From Parcubacteria group bacterium (GTDB lineage Bacteria; Patescibacteriota; Minisyncoccia; Phycocordibacterales; WO2-35-19): a stretch of DNA of 64,000 nt. The translations under genes and the position numbers were made by a program. Of the stretch, positions 1-10,073 are shown one piece after another. The stretch spans positions 110,897-174,896 of the forward strand of contig JAAZAU010000012.1 in assembly GCA_012514175.1 (NCBI GenBank), read 5' to 3'. The notes under the pieces are model-generated. The model had not been told where the DNA came from, made no database searches, and saw only the letters and a program-made list of their open reading frames with translations. Numbering within the stretch: position 1 is the first letter of the stretch; each line of letters opens with the position of its first letter.

Positions 1-69
1 AAATATATCTTTAAAATTACTTAAAATCAATAAACTGGAAAAACAATTTTTTTATTGTAAAATAACGCT

Positions 70-1818
70 ATGACCGCAAACGCAATTAGAACAAAATATT
101 TGAAATTTTTTGAAAATAAAGGACACAAAATAATTCCAAGCGCTTCTTTAATTCCTGAAAACGATCCTTCTGTGCTTTTTACTACAGCCGGTATGCATCC
201 ATTGGTTCCTTTTCTTTTGGGAGAAAAACATCCAGCCGGAACCAAATTAGTCAATATTCAAAAATGCATTAGAACCGTAGACATAGAAGAGGTGGGGGAT
301 TATTGCCACCATACTTTTTTTGAAATGATGGGCAATTGGTCTCTTGGAGAATATTTCAAAAAGGAAGCAATTGAATTTAGTTTTGAATTTTTGACTTCGT
401 CAGAATGGTTAGGGCTTGATAAAAACAGAATAGCAGTTTCAGTTTTTGCTGGAGACGAAAATGCACCTTTTGATGAAGAAGCTTTTGAAAAATGGAAAAG
501 TCTGGGTATTTCTGAAAAAAGAATTGCCAAATTGCCAAAGAAAAATAATTGGTGGGGACCAGCGGGCGAAACTGGACCATGCGGACCAGACACCGAAATA
601 TTTTATTGGACAGGCGATCCAAAAGAAACGCCAGAAACTTTCAACGACGACAACCCAAAATGGTTAGAAATCTGGAACGACGTTTTTATGCAATACAACA
701 AAACCAAAGAAGGGAAATTTGAACCTTTGGCTCAAAAAAATGTAGATACTGGTATGGGATTAGAAAGAACACTCGCTGTTATTAACGGACTAGACGACAA
801 TTATAAAACTGAACTATTTTGGCCAATCATAGAAAAAATAGAAAATCTATCTAACCAAAAATATGAGGGAGAAAATATTAGAGTTATGCGCATTATCGCT
901 GATCATCTAAAAGCGGCAACTTTTATTTTAGGAGACGAGAAAGGTATAACTCCAAACAATACTGGTCAAGGTTATGTTTTGCGCCGACTTATTCGCCGAG
1001 CGGTAAGATATGGTAAGAATTTGAATATTTCCTCTTTTACTAAAGAAATCGCGGAAGTTGTTGTAAAAATGTATGGGGAAATTTATCCAGAACTTTCTAA
1101 AAATCAAAATTTCATTTTTACTAATCTTACCCAAGAAGAAGAAAAATTTGAAAAAACTTTAGAAAAAGGACTCAGAGAATTTGAAAAAGGCACCGATCCT
1201 TTCATACTTTTTACTACTTACGGTTTTCCGTTTGAATTAACTAAAGAGCTTGCTAAAGAAAAGGGAATTGAAATAGATCAAAATAAATTTAATGAAGAAT
1301 TAAAAAAACACCAAGAACTTTCTCGCACATCTAGCGCTGGTATGTTTAAAGGCGGACTTTCAGATAGCGGAGAAGAAACAAAAAAATTACACACAGCGAC
1401 ACATCTACTTCGTCGCGCGTTAGAAATTGTTTTAAATGAACCTATAATTCAAAGAGGGAGCAACATTAACGCCGAAAGACTAAGGTTTGATTTTGGGTTT
1501 AACAGAAAAATGACAGACGAAGAAAAACAAAAAGTGGAAGATTTGGTTAATCAAAAAATTTCTGAAAGTTTGCTAGTAAATAAAGTTATTATGAATATTG
1601 AGGAAGCTGAAAAAACTGGCGCGGTTCATTCTTTTGGAGACAAATATGGAGACGAGGTGAGTATTTATTATATCGGCGACTCTTTAGAAGACGCATGGTC
1701 TAAAGAATTTTGCGGTGGTCCTCATGTTTCTAAAACTTCTGAACTCGGAAAATTTAAAATCATCAAAGAAGAAGCAGTGGCTTCTGGTGTCCGAAGAATT
1801 AAAGCAACCTTAAGTTAA
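70..1818 (+). CDS. alaS: alanine--tRNA ligase, short form lacking the C-terminal C-Ala domain
   Basis: 582 aa. Class II AlaRS core at the N-terminus (FTTAGM, WNDVFMQY). Editing-domain HTATHLL (HxxxH) and CGGPH zinc motifs lie near the C-terminus. The protein ends about 290 aa short of canonical bacterial AlaRS. Confidence 0.9.
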   Translation: MTANAIRTKYLKFFENKGHKIIPSASLIPENDPSVLFTTAGMHPLVPFLLGEKHPAGTKLVNIQKCIRTVDIEEVGDYCHHTFFEMMGNWSLGEYFKKEAIEFSFEFLTSSEWLGLDKNRIAVSVFAGDENAPFDEEAFEKWKSLGISEKRIAKLPKKNNWWGPAGETGPCGPDTEIFYWTGDPKETPETFNDDNPKWLEIWNDVFMQYNKTKEGKFEPLAQKNVDTGMGLERTLAVINGLDDNYKTELFWPIIEKIENLSNQKYEGENIRVMRIIADHLKAATFILGDEKGITPNNTGQGYVLRRLIRRAVRYGKNLNISSFTKEIAEVVVKMYGEIYPELSKNQNFIFTNLTQEEEKFEKTLEKGLREFEKGTDPFILFTTYGFPFELTKELAKEKGIEIDQNKFNEELKKHQELSRTSSAGMFKGGLSDSGEETKKLHTATHLLRRALEIVLNEPIIQRGSNINAERLRFDFGFNRKMTDEEKQKVEDLVNQKISESLLVNKVIMNIEEAEKTGAVHSFGDKYGDEVSIYYIGDSLEDAWSKEFCGGPHVSKTSELGKFKIIKEEAVASGVRRIKATLS

Positions 1819-1871
1819 GTTTTTTCCACAATATTTATTGTGTATAAACAAAATAAGTTTATAATATAGAT

Positions 1872-3296
1872 ATGTCAAAAATCCAATTTAGTGATGTTAC
1901 TCCTCCGGAGCGAAGAAGAAGTATTCGCGATATTCCTATACCAAGCAGTAAAAGAAAATCATCACCAACAAAAACAAAACCAGATATTACTCCAAAATCT
2001 TCTTCTCAAGAAGAGAATTTTATCAAGATTACACAAAAAAACACCGCCCCGCAAGCAGATTATTCTTCAGTTCCAGAAAATAGAAACGAGAGCGCTTACG
2101 AATATTATTATCCGAAAGAAAGACAGGTGCCAGGAAAATATTTCAACATCAACAAACCTAAAAGAGGCAGGTTTGTATTTGGGGGTATAGCTTTTTTGGT
2201 AATAATAGGCTTCATAGTTGGTATGATGACAATTTTTGCTTCAGCCACAATAGCAATAACCCCAAAGAGTCAAACTATAGGTGTTGATATGGAAATAGAC
2301 GCCTCTCTTGAAGCGGGCACTGAAGCAGTAAGATACGAGATTATAAAATTAGCTAAAACCAAATCAATTTCAGTTCCTGCTACTGGCGAAGAAGTTGTAG
2401 AACTTAAATCTTCCGGCAAAATAATCGTCTACAACAATTTTTCTACAGAACCTCAAAGGTTAATCGTGCGAACCAGATTTGAAAGTCCAAAAGGACTTAT
2501 ATATAGAATACCCGAGTCAATCGTTGTGCCAGGCAAAACTGTTAAAGATGGCAAAACTGTGCCAGGTAGTATAGAAGTTGAGGTATTTGCTGATGAAGCT
2601 GGAGAAAAATACAACATAGAAAAAACCGATTTTACAATCCCAGGATTTAAGAACGACTCGGCTCGTTATGCTGGATTTTACGCGAGATCTTCTACTGATT
2701 TAACTGGAGGATTTATTGGCAAGAAAAAAACTGTCCTACCAGCAGATAAAGAAACTGCTTTACAAAAAATTCAGTCCGAGATAGAGAACGAATTACAAAA
2801 AGAATTACAATCCAAAATTCCAGAAGATTTGGCTTTGTTGCAAGATTCAATAATCTTTAAATCAAAAGAGTTGCCAACCAAAGACGAAAGCTCATCTGTT
2901 TTATTAGAACAAGAAGTAACCGCATACGCCGTAACTTTAAACACAGAAAGTTTGTCTGAAAAAATCATTTCCGAATATATAGTTAACTCATCAGAATGGC
3001 AAGGTATTGAAGCTGTAGTCCAAGATTTTTCAGGTCTGAAAATAACAAGCTTACCGGAAAATCCTGAATCCGGCGAAAATATTAAATTAAAAATATCAGG
3101 GACAGCCAAAGTCAGAGCTGATATAGACACAGATGTTATAACTCAAAGACTTTTAAACGCCCCTAAAAAAGAAGCGGCCAAACTGATAGACGAATTTGCC
3201 GGTATTTCTAGTGTAACTTCCACCTTAAGGCCTCTTTGGAAACAAAGTTTTCCAAAAGACACCTATCGGTTGCATGTGGAAGTGGTTCCTAAATAA
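1872..3296 (+). CDS. hypothetical membrane-anchored protein
   Basis: 474 aa. Basic S/P/K-rich N-terminal ~110 aa, one hydrophobic helix (FVFGGIAFLVIIGFIVGMMTIFASATIAI) and a large C-terminal ectodomain. No recognisable family. Confidence 0.6.
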   Translation: MSKIQFSDVTPPERRRSIRDIPIPSSKRKSSPTKTKPDITPKSSSQEENFIKITQKNTAPQADYSSVPENRNESAYEYYYPKERQVPGKYFNINKPKRGRFVFGGIAFLVIIGFIVGMMTIFASATIAITPKSQTIGVDMEIDASLEAGTEAVRYEIIKLAKTKSISVPATGEEVVELKSSGKIIVYNNFSTEPQRLIVRTRFESPKGLIYRIPESIVVPGKTVKDGKTVPGSIEVEVFADEAGEKYNIEKTDFTIPGFKNDSARYAGFYARSSTDLTGGFIGKKKTVLPADKETALQKIQSEIENELQKELQSKIPEDLALLQDSIIFKSKELPTKDESSSVLLEQEVTAYAVTLNTESLSEKIISEYIVNSSEWQGIEAVVQDFSGLKITSLPENPESGENIKLKISGTAKVRADIDTDVITQRLLNAPKKEAAKLIDEFAGISSVTSTLRPLWKQSFPKDTYRLHVEVVPK

Positions 3297-3352
3297 ACAG
3301 CTTGACACTAATAAGACTTATATGATAAGCTTTCTTAGTCGTTTCATTTAAA

Positions 3353-3586
3353 ATGTCAGATAAAGAAAGGTCGGAAACTAGCGTCGGATCAGTAACGGAA
3401 GCCCTTCCGAACGCCCTTTTTCGTGTCAAAATGCAAAACGGTGAAGAAAAACTTGCATATTTGTCTGGCAGAATGAGATTAAACAGAATTAAAGTCTTAA
3501 TCGGAGATTCTGTGGAGATGATCCTTGATCCTTATGGAGGAAAAGGCAGAATTGTCCGCAGACTTGATAATAAACGACCAACTTAA
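3353..3586 (+). CDS. infA: translation initiation factor IF-1
   Basis: 77 aa with S1-like IF-1 signature (FRVKMQNGEEKLAYLSGRMRLNRIKVLIGDSVEM). Confidence 0.92.
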   Translation: MSDKERSETSVGSVTEALPNALFRVKMQNGEEKLAYLSGRMRLNRIKVLIGDSVEMILDPYGGKGRIVRRLDNKRPT

Positions 3587-3666
3587 AAAATGAATCCCGT
3601 TAGAAGTACGGGAATCAGCGCGGTTTATAGGTTTGAAATTATAAATTATTTAATACTTCTAACAGG

Positions 3667-3783
3667 ATGAAAGTAAAAGCTTCTATAAAGAAAATATGCA
3701 CCAAATGCAAACTCGTCCGTAGGAGAGGGGTTTTGTTTGTCATATGTAAAAGCAATCCAAAACACAAACAAAGACAAGGTTAA
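3667..3783 (+). CDS. rpmJ: 50S ribosomal protein L36
   Basis: 38-aa [41 protein letters not shown] with the zinc-ribbon CxxC...C...H pattern. Canonical position between infA and rpsM. Absent from the ORF track because of its length. Confidence 0.85.
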   Translation: MKVKASIKKICTKCKLVRRRGVLFVICKSNPKHKQRQG

Positions 3784-3805
3784 AATTAAATTTTAAATAT
3801 CAAAA

Positions 3806-4186
3806 ATGCGTATATTAGGAATTACAATACCAGACGACAAAAGACTTGAAATAGGACTTACCACTTTGTTTGGAATAGGTCGCTCAAGAGCTAAGAAAAT
3901 TTTGGATGAAGCTAAGGTAGATTGGGGCACTACCGCTAAGGATTTAAGCGAAGAAAAAGAAAACGAAATCAAAAAAATAATAGAAAGATTAAAGATTGAA
4001 GGGGACTTAAAAAGAGAAGTTTCTGGCAACATTAAAAGACTGAAAGATATAAAATGTTACAGAGGCATCCGACATATGCGTTCATTACCAACTAGAGGCC
4101 AAAGAACCAAAACCAACTCTCGCACACGCAGAGGTAACGTTAGAAAAACTATGGGCACTGGTCGCAGAGCTGTAGATAAGAAATAA
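3806..4186 (+). CDS. rpsM: 30S ribosomal protein S13
   Basis: 126 aa, MRILGITIPDDKRLEIGLTTLFGIGRSRAKKIL. Conserved operon position. Confidence 0.95.
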   Translation: MRILGITIPDDKRLEIGLTTLFGIGRSRAKKILDEAKVDWGTTAKDLSEEKENEIKKIIERLKIEGDLKREVSGNIKRLKDIKCYRGIRHMRSLPTRGQRTKTNSRTRRGNVRKTMGTGRRAVDKK

Positions 4187-4196
4187 AATAACTAAT

Positions 4197-4628
4197 ATGG
4201 GGAAAAAAAGAATTGTAAAAACAGAAGGAGAAACAGGAACTGAAGATGTAAAAAAAACAACCAAAGTTTCTAGCAAAAGAAAAGTTGAGACTGGCATACT
4301 TTATGTCAGATCTACTTTTAACAATACCGAGTTAGTGCTCACTGACAAGAAAGGCAACGTCTTAGCTAGCGAATCTAGCGGTAAACTTGGTTTTAAAGGA
4401 GCCAAAAAAGGCACTCCGTTTGCAGCCGCCAAAGTCGGTGAAGCCCTGGCTGTTAAAGCCCAAACTATCGGCATTAAAGAAGTTGGTGTAGTAGTAAAAG
4501 GTATTGGCTCTGGACGAGAATCCGGAATCAGAGGTTTTATTTCTAAAGGCGTTAATATTTCTTATATCAGGGACGCCACCCCGGTGCCTCACAACGGACC
4601 AAAACCTAGAAAACCAAGAAGAGTATAA
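4197..4628 (+). CDS. rpsK: 30S ribosomal protein S11
   Basis: 143 aa, GILYVRSTFNNTELVLTDKKGNVLASESSG ... PHNGPKPRKPRRV. Confidence 0.95.
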   Translation: MGKKRIVKTEGETGTEDVKKTTKVSSKRKVETGILYVRSTFNNTELVLTDKKGNVLASESSGKLGFKGAKKGTPFAAAKVGEALAVKAQTIGIKEVGVVVKGIGSGRESGIRGFISKGVNISYIRDATPVPHNGPKPRKPRRV

Positions 4629-4640
4629 AAAAATAAAATT

Positions 4641-5246
4641 ATGAAAATCGGACCAAAATACAAAATAGCAAGAAGATTAAAAACACCTATTTTTGAGAAA
4701 ACTCAAACTCAAAAATTTAGTTTGAGACAAGATCGTAAATCTTCAAGATCAAAATTTTTCAAACCAAAAACTGATTATGGTTTGCAAATGGACGAAAAGC
4801 AAAAAGCTAGGATGTTTTATTGTGTAGGCGAAAAACAATTCTCAAAATATGTCAGAGAAGCCTTGGCTAAAAAAACAGGTTCTCCAGCTTCCAATCTCCT
4901 TAGATCTCTTGAACAAAGATTGGACAACGTGATTTGGAGAGCGGGTCTTTTGCCAACACATTTAGCTGCGAGACAAGCTGTTGCTCATGGTCATTTTCTA
5001 GTTAACGGTAAAAAAACATACGTTCCATCTTTTTCAGTAAAAGAAGGTGACAAAATCACCATCCGTGAAGGAAGCAAGAACAGCAAACTTTGGAGCAATC
5101 TTGAAAACGGCAGAGAAGTTCAAGAACCTGATTGGATGTCTTGGGATAATAATAAAAAAGAACTCACCATAAAAGACGGTTCTTTTACTGAAACTGCAGA
5201 TTTGATGTTTGATCTTGGGCAAGTGATTGAATTTTATCAAAGATAA
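4641..5246 (+). CDS. rpsD: 30S ribosomal protein S4
   Basis: 201 aa, MKIGPKYKIARRL ... S4 domain LDNVIWRAGL. Confidence 0.95.
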   Translation: MKIGPKYKIARRLKTPIFEKTQTQKFSLRQDRKSSRSKFFKPKTDYGLQMDEKQKARMFYCVGEKQFSKYVREALAKKTGSPASNLLRSLEQRLDNVIWRAGLLPTHLAARQAVAHGHFLVNGKKTYVPSFSVKEGDKITIREGSKNSKLWSNLENGREVQEPDWMSWDNNKKELTIKDGSFTETADLMFDLGQVIEFYQR

Positions 5247-5291
5247 TATTTTATAAAAATTTTGTTAGATTTTTAGTTAACTTTTAATATT

Positions 5292-6275
5292 ATGAACGAC
5301 AATTTTGATAAAGTTATAGTTTTGCCTTCAAAACCAAAAGTGGTATTAGATGAAGGCAACAAGGGAATTTTTGAGATAGATGGATTCTATCCTGGATTCG
5401 GCTACACCGTAGGCAACAGCTTAAGACGCATTATCTTGTCTTCTTTGCCTGGCGCCGCCGTAACTTCAATGAAAATAAATGGTGTAGATCATGAGTTTTC
5501 TTCTATCAAAGGAGTAAAAGAAGACGTAGTGATGATAATGCTCAATCTCAAAAAACTCAGGATAAGAATGATTACAGACGAACCACAAACTCTTACTCTG
5601 AAAGCTAAAGGAGTTAAAGAAGTAACCGCAGGGGATATTGAAGTCCCTGGTCAAATAGAAATAATGAACCCAGAACTTTTAATTGCCACTTTAACTGATA
5701 AAGATTCGGAATTAGAAATGGAAATGACGGTAGAAAAAGGTTTAGGTTTTATTAGTCGCGATCTGTCTAACAGAAACAAGGTTGATATTGGCACCATAGT
5801 ATTAGACGCCAACTTCACCCCAATCAGAAGAGTTAGTTACGAAGTAGAAAATATGCGAGTCGGCGATCGCACTGACTTTAACCGACTTCGTATCTCCTTA
5901 GAAACCGATGGCAGTATCTCTCCTAAAGAATCACTTGAAAAATCTATCAACATTATGATAGAACAATTGAAGGCCATTACTGGTTTTGAGGATAAAGAAG
6001 AAATTGTAAATGAATCAGTTTCTGATAGCGAAACCGCCGAGGAAGAAAATGAGAGCAATGCCCAAAAAATGGATCCAGAATTTCTTAAAACCAGAATAGA
6101 AAATTTAGAGCTCTCAACTAGAACTATGAATGCTCTTTCTAGCGCCAACATTAGAACCATTGGTGGTTTAGCTAGAAAAAAAGAAAAAGACATTCTTGAA
6201 ATAGAAGGCTTGGGCGCTAAAGGAGTTGCTGAAATCAAAAGAGTTTTAGCTGAACACGGTATAACATTAAAGTAA
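5292..6275 (+). CDS. rpoA: DNA-directed RNA polymerase subunit alpha
   Basis: 327 aa. N-terminal dimerisation/assembly domain and C-terminal aCTD (LELSTRTMNALSSANIRTIGGL). Located between rpsD and rplQ. Confidence 0.95.
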   Translation: MNDNFDKVIVLPSKPKVVLDEGNKGIFEIDGFYPGFGYTVGNSLRRIILSSLPGAAVTSMKINGVDHEFSSIKGVKEDVVMIMLNLKKLRIRMITDEPQTLTLKAKGVKEVTAGDIEVPGQIEIMNPELLIATLTDKDSELEMEMTVEKGLGFISRDLSNRNKVDIGTIVLDANFTPIRRVSYEVENMRVGDRTDFNRLRISLETDGSISPKESLEKSINIMIEQLKAITGFEDKEEIVNESVSDSETAEEENESNAQKMDPEFLKTRIENLELSTRTMNALSSANIRTIGGLARKKEKDILEIEGLGAKGVAEIKRVLAEHGITLK

Positions 6276-6276
6276 G

Positions 6277-6624
6277 ATGAGACATCATAACGCAAACAGA
6301 AAATTTGGTAGGGTCAGAAAAGTGAGAGTAGCTTTGCTTAATTCTCTTGCTCGTTCTTTGGTGTTGCATAAAAAAATTGAAACCACCGAACCAAAAGCTA
6401 AAGAACTTAGACCTTTCATAGAAAAACTGGTAACCAAAAGCAAGCTACAAACTGTCGCTTCAAGAAGAGCGGTTTCTGCCAAAATTGGTCCAAAAGCCAC
6501 CAAAATACTGTTTGATGATATTTCCAAAAAGTATGATGATCGCAAGGGTGGCTTTACGAGAATAGTAAAAACTGGTAGAAGACTTTCAGACGGTAGCAAA
6601 ATGGCTATAATAGAATTTATATAA
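6277..6624 (+). CDS. rplQ: 50S ribosomal protein L17
   Basis: 115 aa, MRHHNANRKFGRVRKVRVALLNSLARSLVLHKKIETT. Confidence 0.95.
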   Translation: MRHHNANRKFGRVRKVRVALLNSLARSLVLHKKIETTEPKAKELRPFIEKLVTKSKLQTVASRRAVSAKIGPKATKILFDDISKKYDDRKGGFTRIVKTGRRLSDGSKMAIIEFI

Positions 6625-6626
6625 AA

Positions 6627-6992
6627 ATGGAAAAAGAAAAAAATAAAAAAGAATACGAATTGGACGCGCAAGATCAAAAATTGGGCAGGTTGGCAAGTCA
6701 GATAGCTTCTTTATTAATGGGTAAAAATCGTCCAGATTTTGTCCGTAACGCTATCCCTGAAATCAAAGTTAAAGTCATCAATGCTAGCAAGATTCCAGTG
6801 ACTAACAAAAAAAAGATTTCCAAATTTTATAAAAGTTATTCAGGCTATCCGGGAGGTCTTAAAGAAACAAGTATGAAAAAAGTTATTGCCGATAAGGGAA
6901 TGGGAGAAACTTTAAGAATTGCCGTGAGAGGAATGTTGCCAAAAAACAAACTCAGAGATAGGATGATGAAAAACTTAACAATCAGTGAATAA
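6627..6992 (+). CDS. rplM: 50S ribosomal protein L13
   Basis: 121 aa, GRLASQIASLLMGKNRPDF ... typical L13. Confidence 0.93.
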   Translation: MEKEKNKKEYELDAQDQKLGRLASQIASLLMGKNRPDFVRNAIPEIKVKVINASKIPVTNKKKISKFYKSYSGYPGGLKETSMKKVIADKGMGETLRIAVRGMLPKNKLRDRMMKNLTISE

Positions 6993-7401
6993 AATGACAA
7001 CAGAAAACAAAAAAGAAAAATACACCGAAGCTACAGGCAGAAGAAAAACTTCTGTCGCCAGAATTCGTATTACCCCAGCTTCTAAAACCTCTTTCAAAAT
7101 TAATGAGCGTGATTTTGCTAGTTATTTTCCAACAGAAGAACTTCGTAAATTAGTGGAAGAACCTCTTGAAAAATCAAAACTTGGCACTTTCACCATTACC
7201 GCTGTTATTAAGGGTGGTGGCATTCATTCTCAAGCGGAAGCTATGCAACACGGCATTTCTAGGGCTTTAGTTAATTTTGACCCATCTTCAAGAACCAAAC
7301 TGAAAACTCTTGGTTTTCTTAAGAGAGATCCTAGAGCTAAAGAACGCCACAAATTCGGTCTCAAAAAAGCTCGTAAAGCTCCACAGTGGAGTAAAAGATA
7401 A
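6985..7401 (+). CDS. rpsI: 30S ribosomal protein S9
   Basis: 138 aa, TGRRKTSVARIRI ... KFGLKKARKAPQWSKR C-terminus. Confidence 0.95.
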   Translation: MNKMTTENKKEKYTEATGRRKTSVARIRITPASKTSFKINERDFASYFPTEELRKLVEEPLEKSKLGTFTITAVIKGGGIHSQAEAMQHGISRALVNFDPSSRTKLKTLGFLKRDPRAKERHKFGLKKARKAPQWSKR

Positions 7402-7406
7402 TAAAA

Positions 7407-7432
7407 AATCTCGGTTTATTCCGAGATTTTTT
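7407..7432 (+). terminator. rho-independent terminator after rpsI
   Basis: Hairpin AATCTCGG-TTTATT-CCGAGATT followed by a T-run. Confidence 0.7.
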
Positions 7433-7475
7433 AGAGTTGATTTTTTTCTAAAAAAGAGTAAAATATTGTTATCTT

Positions 7476-8060
7476 ATGAATAAAAACAAAGAAAAAAACC
7501 GCTCAGAAGAAGAAGCGGAGGATATAATTTTTGAAGAAGAAATAGATGAAGACGGTCAAAGCGACCCGATAGCAACCATCAAAAAACTTCGGCAAAAAAT
7601 AAAAGTTTTAGAAGAAAAATCCCAAGAATATTTAACTGGTTGGCAAAGAGAAAGAGCTGACGCCATCAATCTTAAAAAACGTCTAGAAGAAGAGAAAAGG
7701 GATTTTGCCAAGTTCGCCAAAGAAGATATCGCCACCGAACTTATGTCAGTTTTAGATTCATTTGAATCAGCTTTCAAAAATAAAGAAGTTTGGGAAAAGG
7801 TTGATAAAAATTGGAGAATAGGCATAGAACACATCCACAACCAACTTATAAGCGTTCTCTCCAATCACGGAATAAGCATCATCTCACCTTTAGGAGAAAT
7901 TTTTGATCCAAAAAGAGACGAAGCGGTAGAAGTAGTCCCAGTAAAAGACAAAAAAGATGATCAAAAAATAGTTGAAGTAACTAGCATTGGATACAAAATT
8001 CATGATAGAATAATCCGCGCTCCTAAAGTTAAAGTTGGAGAATTTAAAGTTGAAAATTAA
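7476..8060 (+). CDS. grpE: nucleotide exchange factor GrpE
   Basis: 194 aa with coiled-coil N-terminus and GrpE core. Preceded by TTGATT-17-TAAAAT promoter-like hexamers. Followed directly by dnaK. Confidence 0.9.
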   Translation: MNKNKEKNRSEEEAEDIIFEEEIDEDGQSDPIATIKKLRQKIKVLEEKSQEYLTGWQRERADAINLKKRLEEEKRDFAKFAKEDIATELMSVLDSFESAFKNKEVWEKVDKNWRIGIEHIHNQLISVLSNHGISIISPLGEIFDPKRDEAVEVVPVKDKKDDQKIVEVTSIGYKIHDRIIRAPKVKVGEFKVEN

Positions 8061-8107
8061 ATATTACCAGATTATTTAAAAATTAATAAATTAATAAATT
8101 AAAAAAT

Positions 8108-10003
8108 ATGTCTAAGATAATAGGAATAGATTTAGGGACCACCAACTGTGCGGTTGCGGTAATGGAATCAGGAGAACCGAAAATCATAGAAAATAGCGAG
8201 GGTGCACGCACCACACCATCAATCGTAGCCATATCTAAAACAGGTGAAAGATTGGCAGGCCTTTTAGCTAGAAGACAAGCTGTCACCAACCCTCAAAATA
8301 CCGTCTTTGGCATCAAAAGATTCATCGGTCACAATTTTGATGAACCAGCAATACAAAAAGACAAAGACACTGCGCCATTTGAGATTTCCAAATCCGACAC
8401 GGGGAGCGTGCAAGTCAAAATGAACGATCACATATACAGGCCAGAAGAAATTTCCGCTATGATTCTTACCAAACTAAAAACTGATGCTGAAGCCAAATTG
8501 GGAGAAAAAATTACTGAAGCTATCATCACCGTCCCGGCATACTTCAATGACGCGCAAAGAAAAGCCACTAAGGATGCTGGCCAGATAGCAGGTCTTGATG
8601 TGAAGAGAATAATCAACGAACCCACCGCGGCTGCTCTCGCTTACGGTTTTAACAAAAAGAAAAATGAGCAAATCGCAGTTTTTGACTTTGGTGGCGGGAC
8701 TTTTGATATCTCCATACTTGAGGTCGCTGATGATGTAGTTGAAGTTAAAGCTACTGACGGTGACTCACACTTGGGTGGTAAAGATATTGATCAAAAAATT
8801 ATCAACTGGCTTGCAAATGAGTTTAAGAAAGAATCGGGTATTGATATCACTAAAGACCCTTTGGCTCTCCAACGTCTTGATGAAGCTGCTGAAAAAGCGA
8901 AAATAGAACTTTCTTCTACCACCGAAACCGAGGTCAACATTCCATTTATTACATCCGACGCTTCTGGTCCAAGACACTTACTCATTAAGATGAACCGCGC
9001 TAAATTAGAAGAAATCGCGGATGAATTCATTCAAAGAGCCATAGATATTACAAAACGCGCCATAGAAAGTTCGCCATTTAACGTGGGTGATATTGATGAA
9101 ATTGTGCTCGTTGGTGGACAAACCAGAATGCCAAAAGTAGTAGAGGAGGTGAAAAAGTTTTTTGGTAAAGAACCAAACAAGAGCATTAACCCTGACGAAG
9201 TGGTCGCACTCGGCGCCGCTATTCAAGGTGGTATTATTGGTGGTGAAGTTAAAGATATTTTACTTCTTGATGTGATTCCGCTTTCTTTAGGATTGGAAAC
9301 TATGGGCGGTGTAGCCACTAAACTCATTGAACGCAACACCACCATTCCAGCTTCCAAATCTCAAATATTTTCAACTGCCGCTGACAATCAAACCTCTGTT
9401 GAAATCCATATCGTTCAAGGAGAGCGACCTCTTGCTAGCGACAACCGCACTTTAGGCAGATTTATTCTTGATGGTATTCCACCAGCACCTCGTGGCACAC
9501 CTCAAATTGAAGTAACCTTTGACATTGACGCTAATGGTATTTTGAATGTCAAAGCTAAAGATAAATCTAGCAACAAAGAGCAGTCTATAAGAATTGAAGG
9601 TAGTTCTGGACTTTCTAAAGAAGAAATAGAAAAAATGCAAAAAGACGCTGAAGCTCACGCCGCTGACGACGCTAAAAAGAAAGAAATTGCTGAAGCCAAA
9701 AACTTAGCTGAACAACTCATTTACACCACCGAAAAAGCACTCAAAGACGCGGAAGGAAAAATTTCTGACGAAATTAAAAAAGGAGTAGAAGAAAAAGTTG
9801 TCGAACTTAAAAACGTAAAAGATCAAAACGATATTTCTGCTATCAAAACTGCCACCGAAAATCTCTCTAAAGAAATTCAAAAAATAGGGGAGTATATGCA
9901 AAAAAATCCTCAACAAGGTGGAACCGCTACTGAAAGCTCTAGCGAGTCAAAAGAAGAACCTAAATCAGAAGAACAAAAGCCTTCTGAAGAAGAAAATAAG
10001 TAA
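8108..10003 (+). CDS. dnaK: molecular chaperone DnaK (Hsp70)
   Basis: 631 aa with [22 protein letters not shown] and [10 protein letters not shown] Hsp70 signatures. Confidence 0.97.
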   Translation: MSKIIGIDLGTTNCAVAVMESGEPKIIENSEGARTTPSIVAISKTGERLAGLLARRQAVTNPQNTVFGIKRFIGHNFDEPAIQKDKDTAPFEISKSDTGSVQVKMNDHIYRPEEISAMILTKLKTDAEAKLGEKITEAIITVPAYFNDAQRKATKDAGQIAGLDVKRIINEPTAAALAYGFNKKKNEQIAVFDFGGGTFDISILEVADDVVEVKATDGDSHLGGKDIDQKIINWLANEFKKESGIDITKDPLALQRLDEAAEKAKIELSSTTETEVNIPFITSDASGPRHLLIKMNRAKLEEIADEFIQRAIDITKRAIESSPFNVGDIDEIVLVGGQTRMPKVVEEVKKFFGKEPNKSINPDEVVALGAAIQGGIIGGEVKDILLLDVIPLSLGLETMGGVATKLIERNTTIPASKSQIFSTAADNQTSVEIHIVQGERPLASDNRTLGRFILDGIPPAPRGTPQIEVTFDIDANGILNVKAKDKSSNKEQSIRIEGSSGLSKEEIEKMQKDAEAHAADDAKKKEIAEAKNLAEQLIYTTEKALKDAEGKISDEIKKGVEEKVVELKNVKDQNDISAIKTATENLSKEIQKIGEYMQKNPQQGGTATESSSESKEEPKSEEQKPSEEENK

Positions 10004-10015
10004 AAAAAACAAATA

Positions 10016-10046
10016 AAACCACGACAAAAACGTGGTTTTATTTTTT
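10016..10046 (+). terminator. rho-independent terminator after dnaK
   Basis: AAACCACG-ACAAAAA-CGTGGTTTT hairpin plus T-run. A TGtgaTATAAT extended -10 for dnaJ follows. Confidence 0.7.
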
Positions 10047-10073
10047 CTTAAAATGTGATATAATAAGGGTTAT

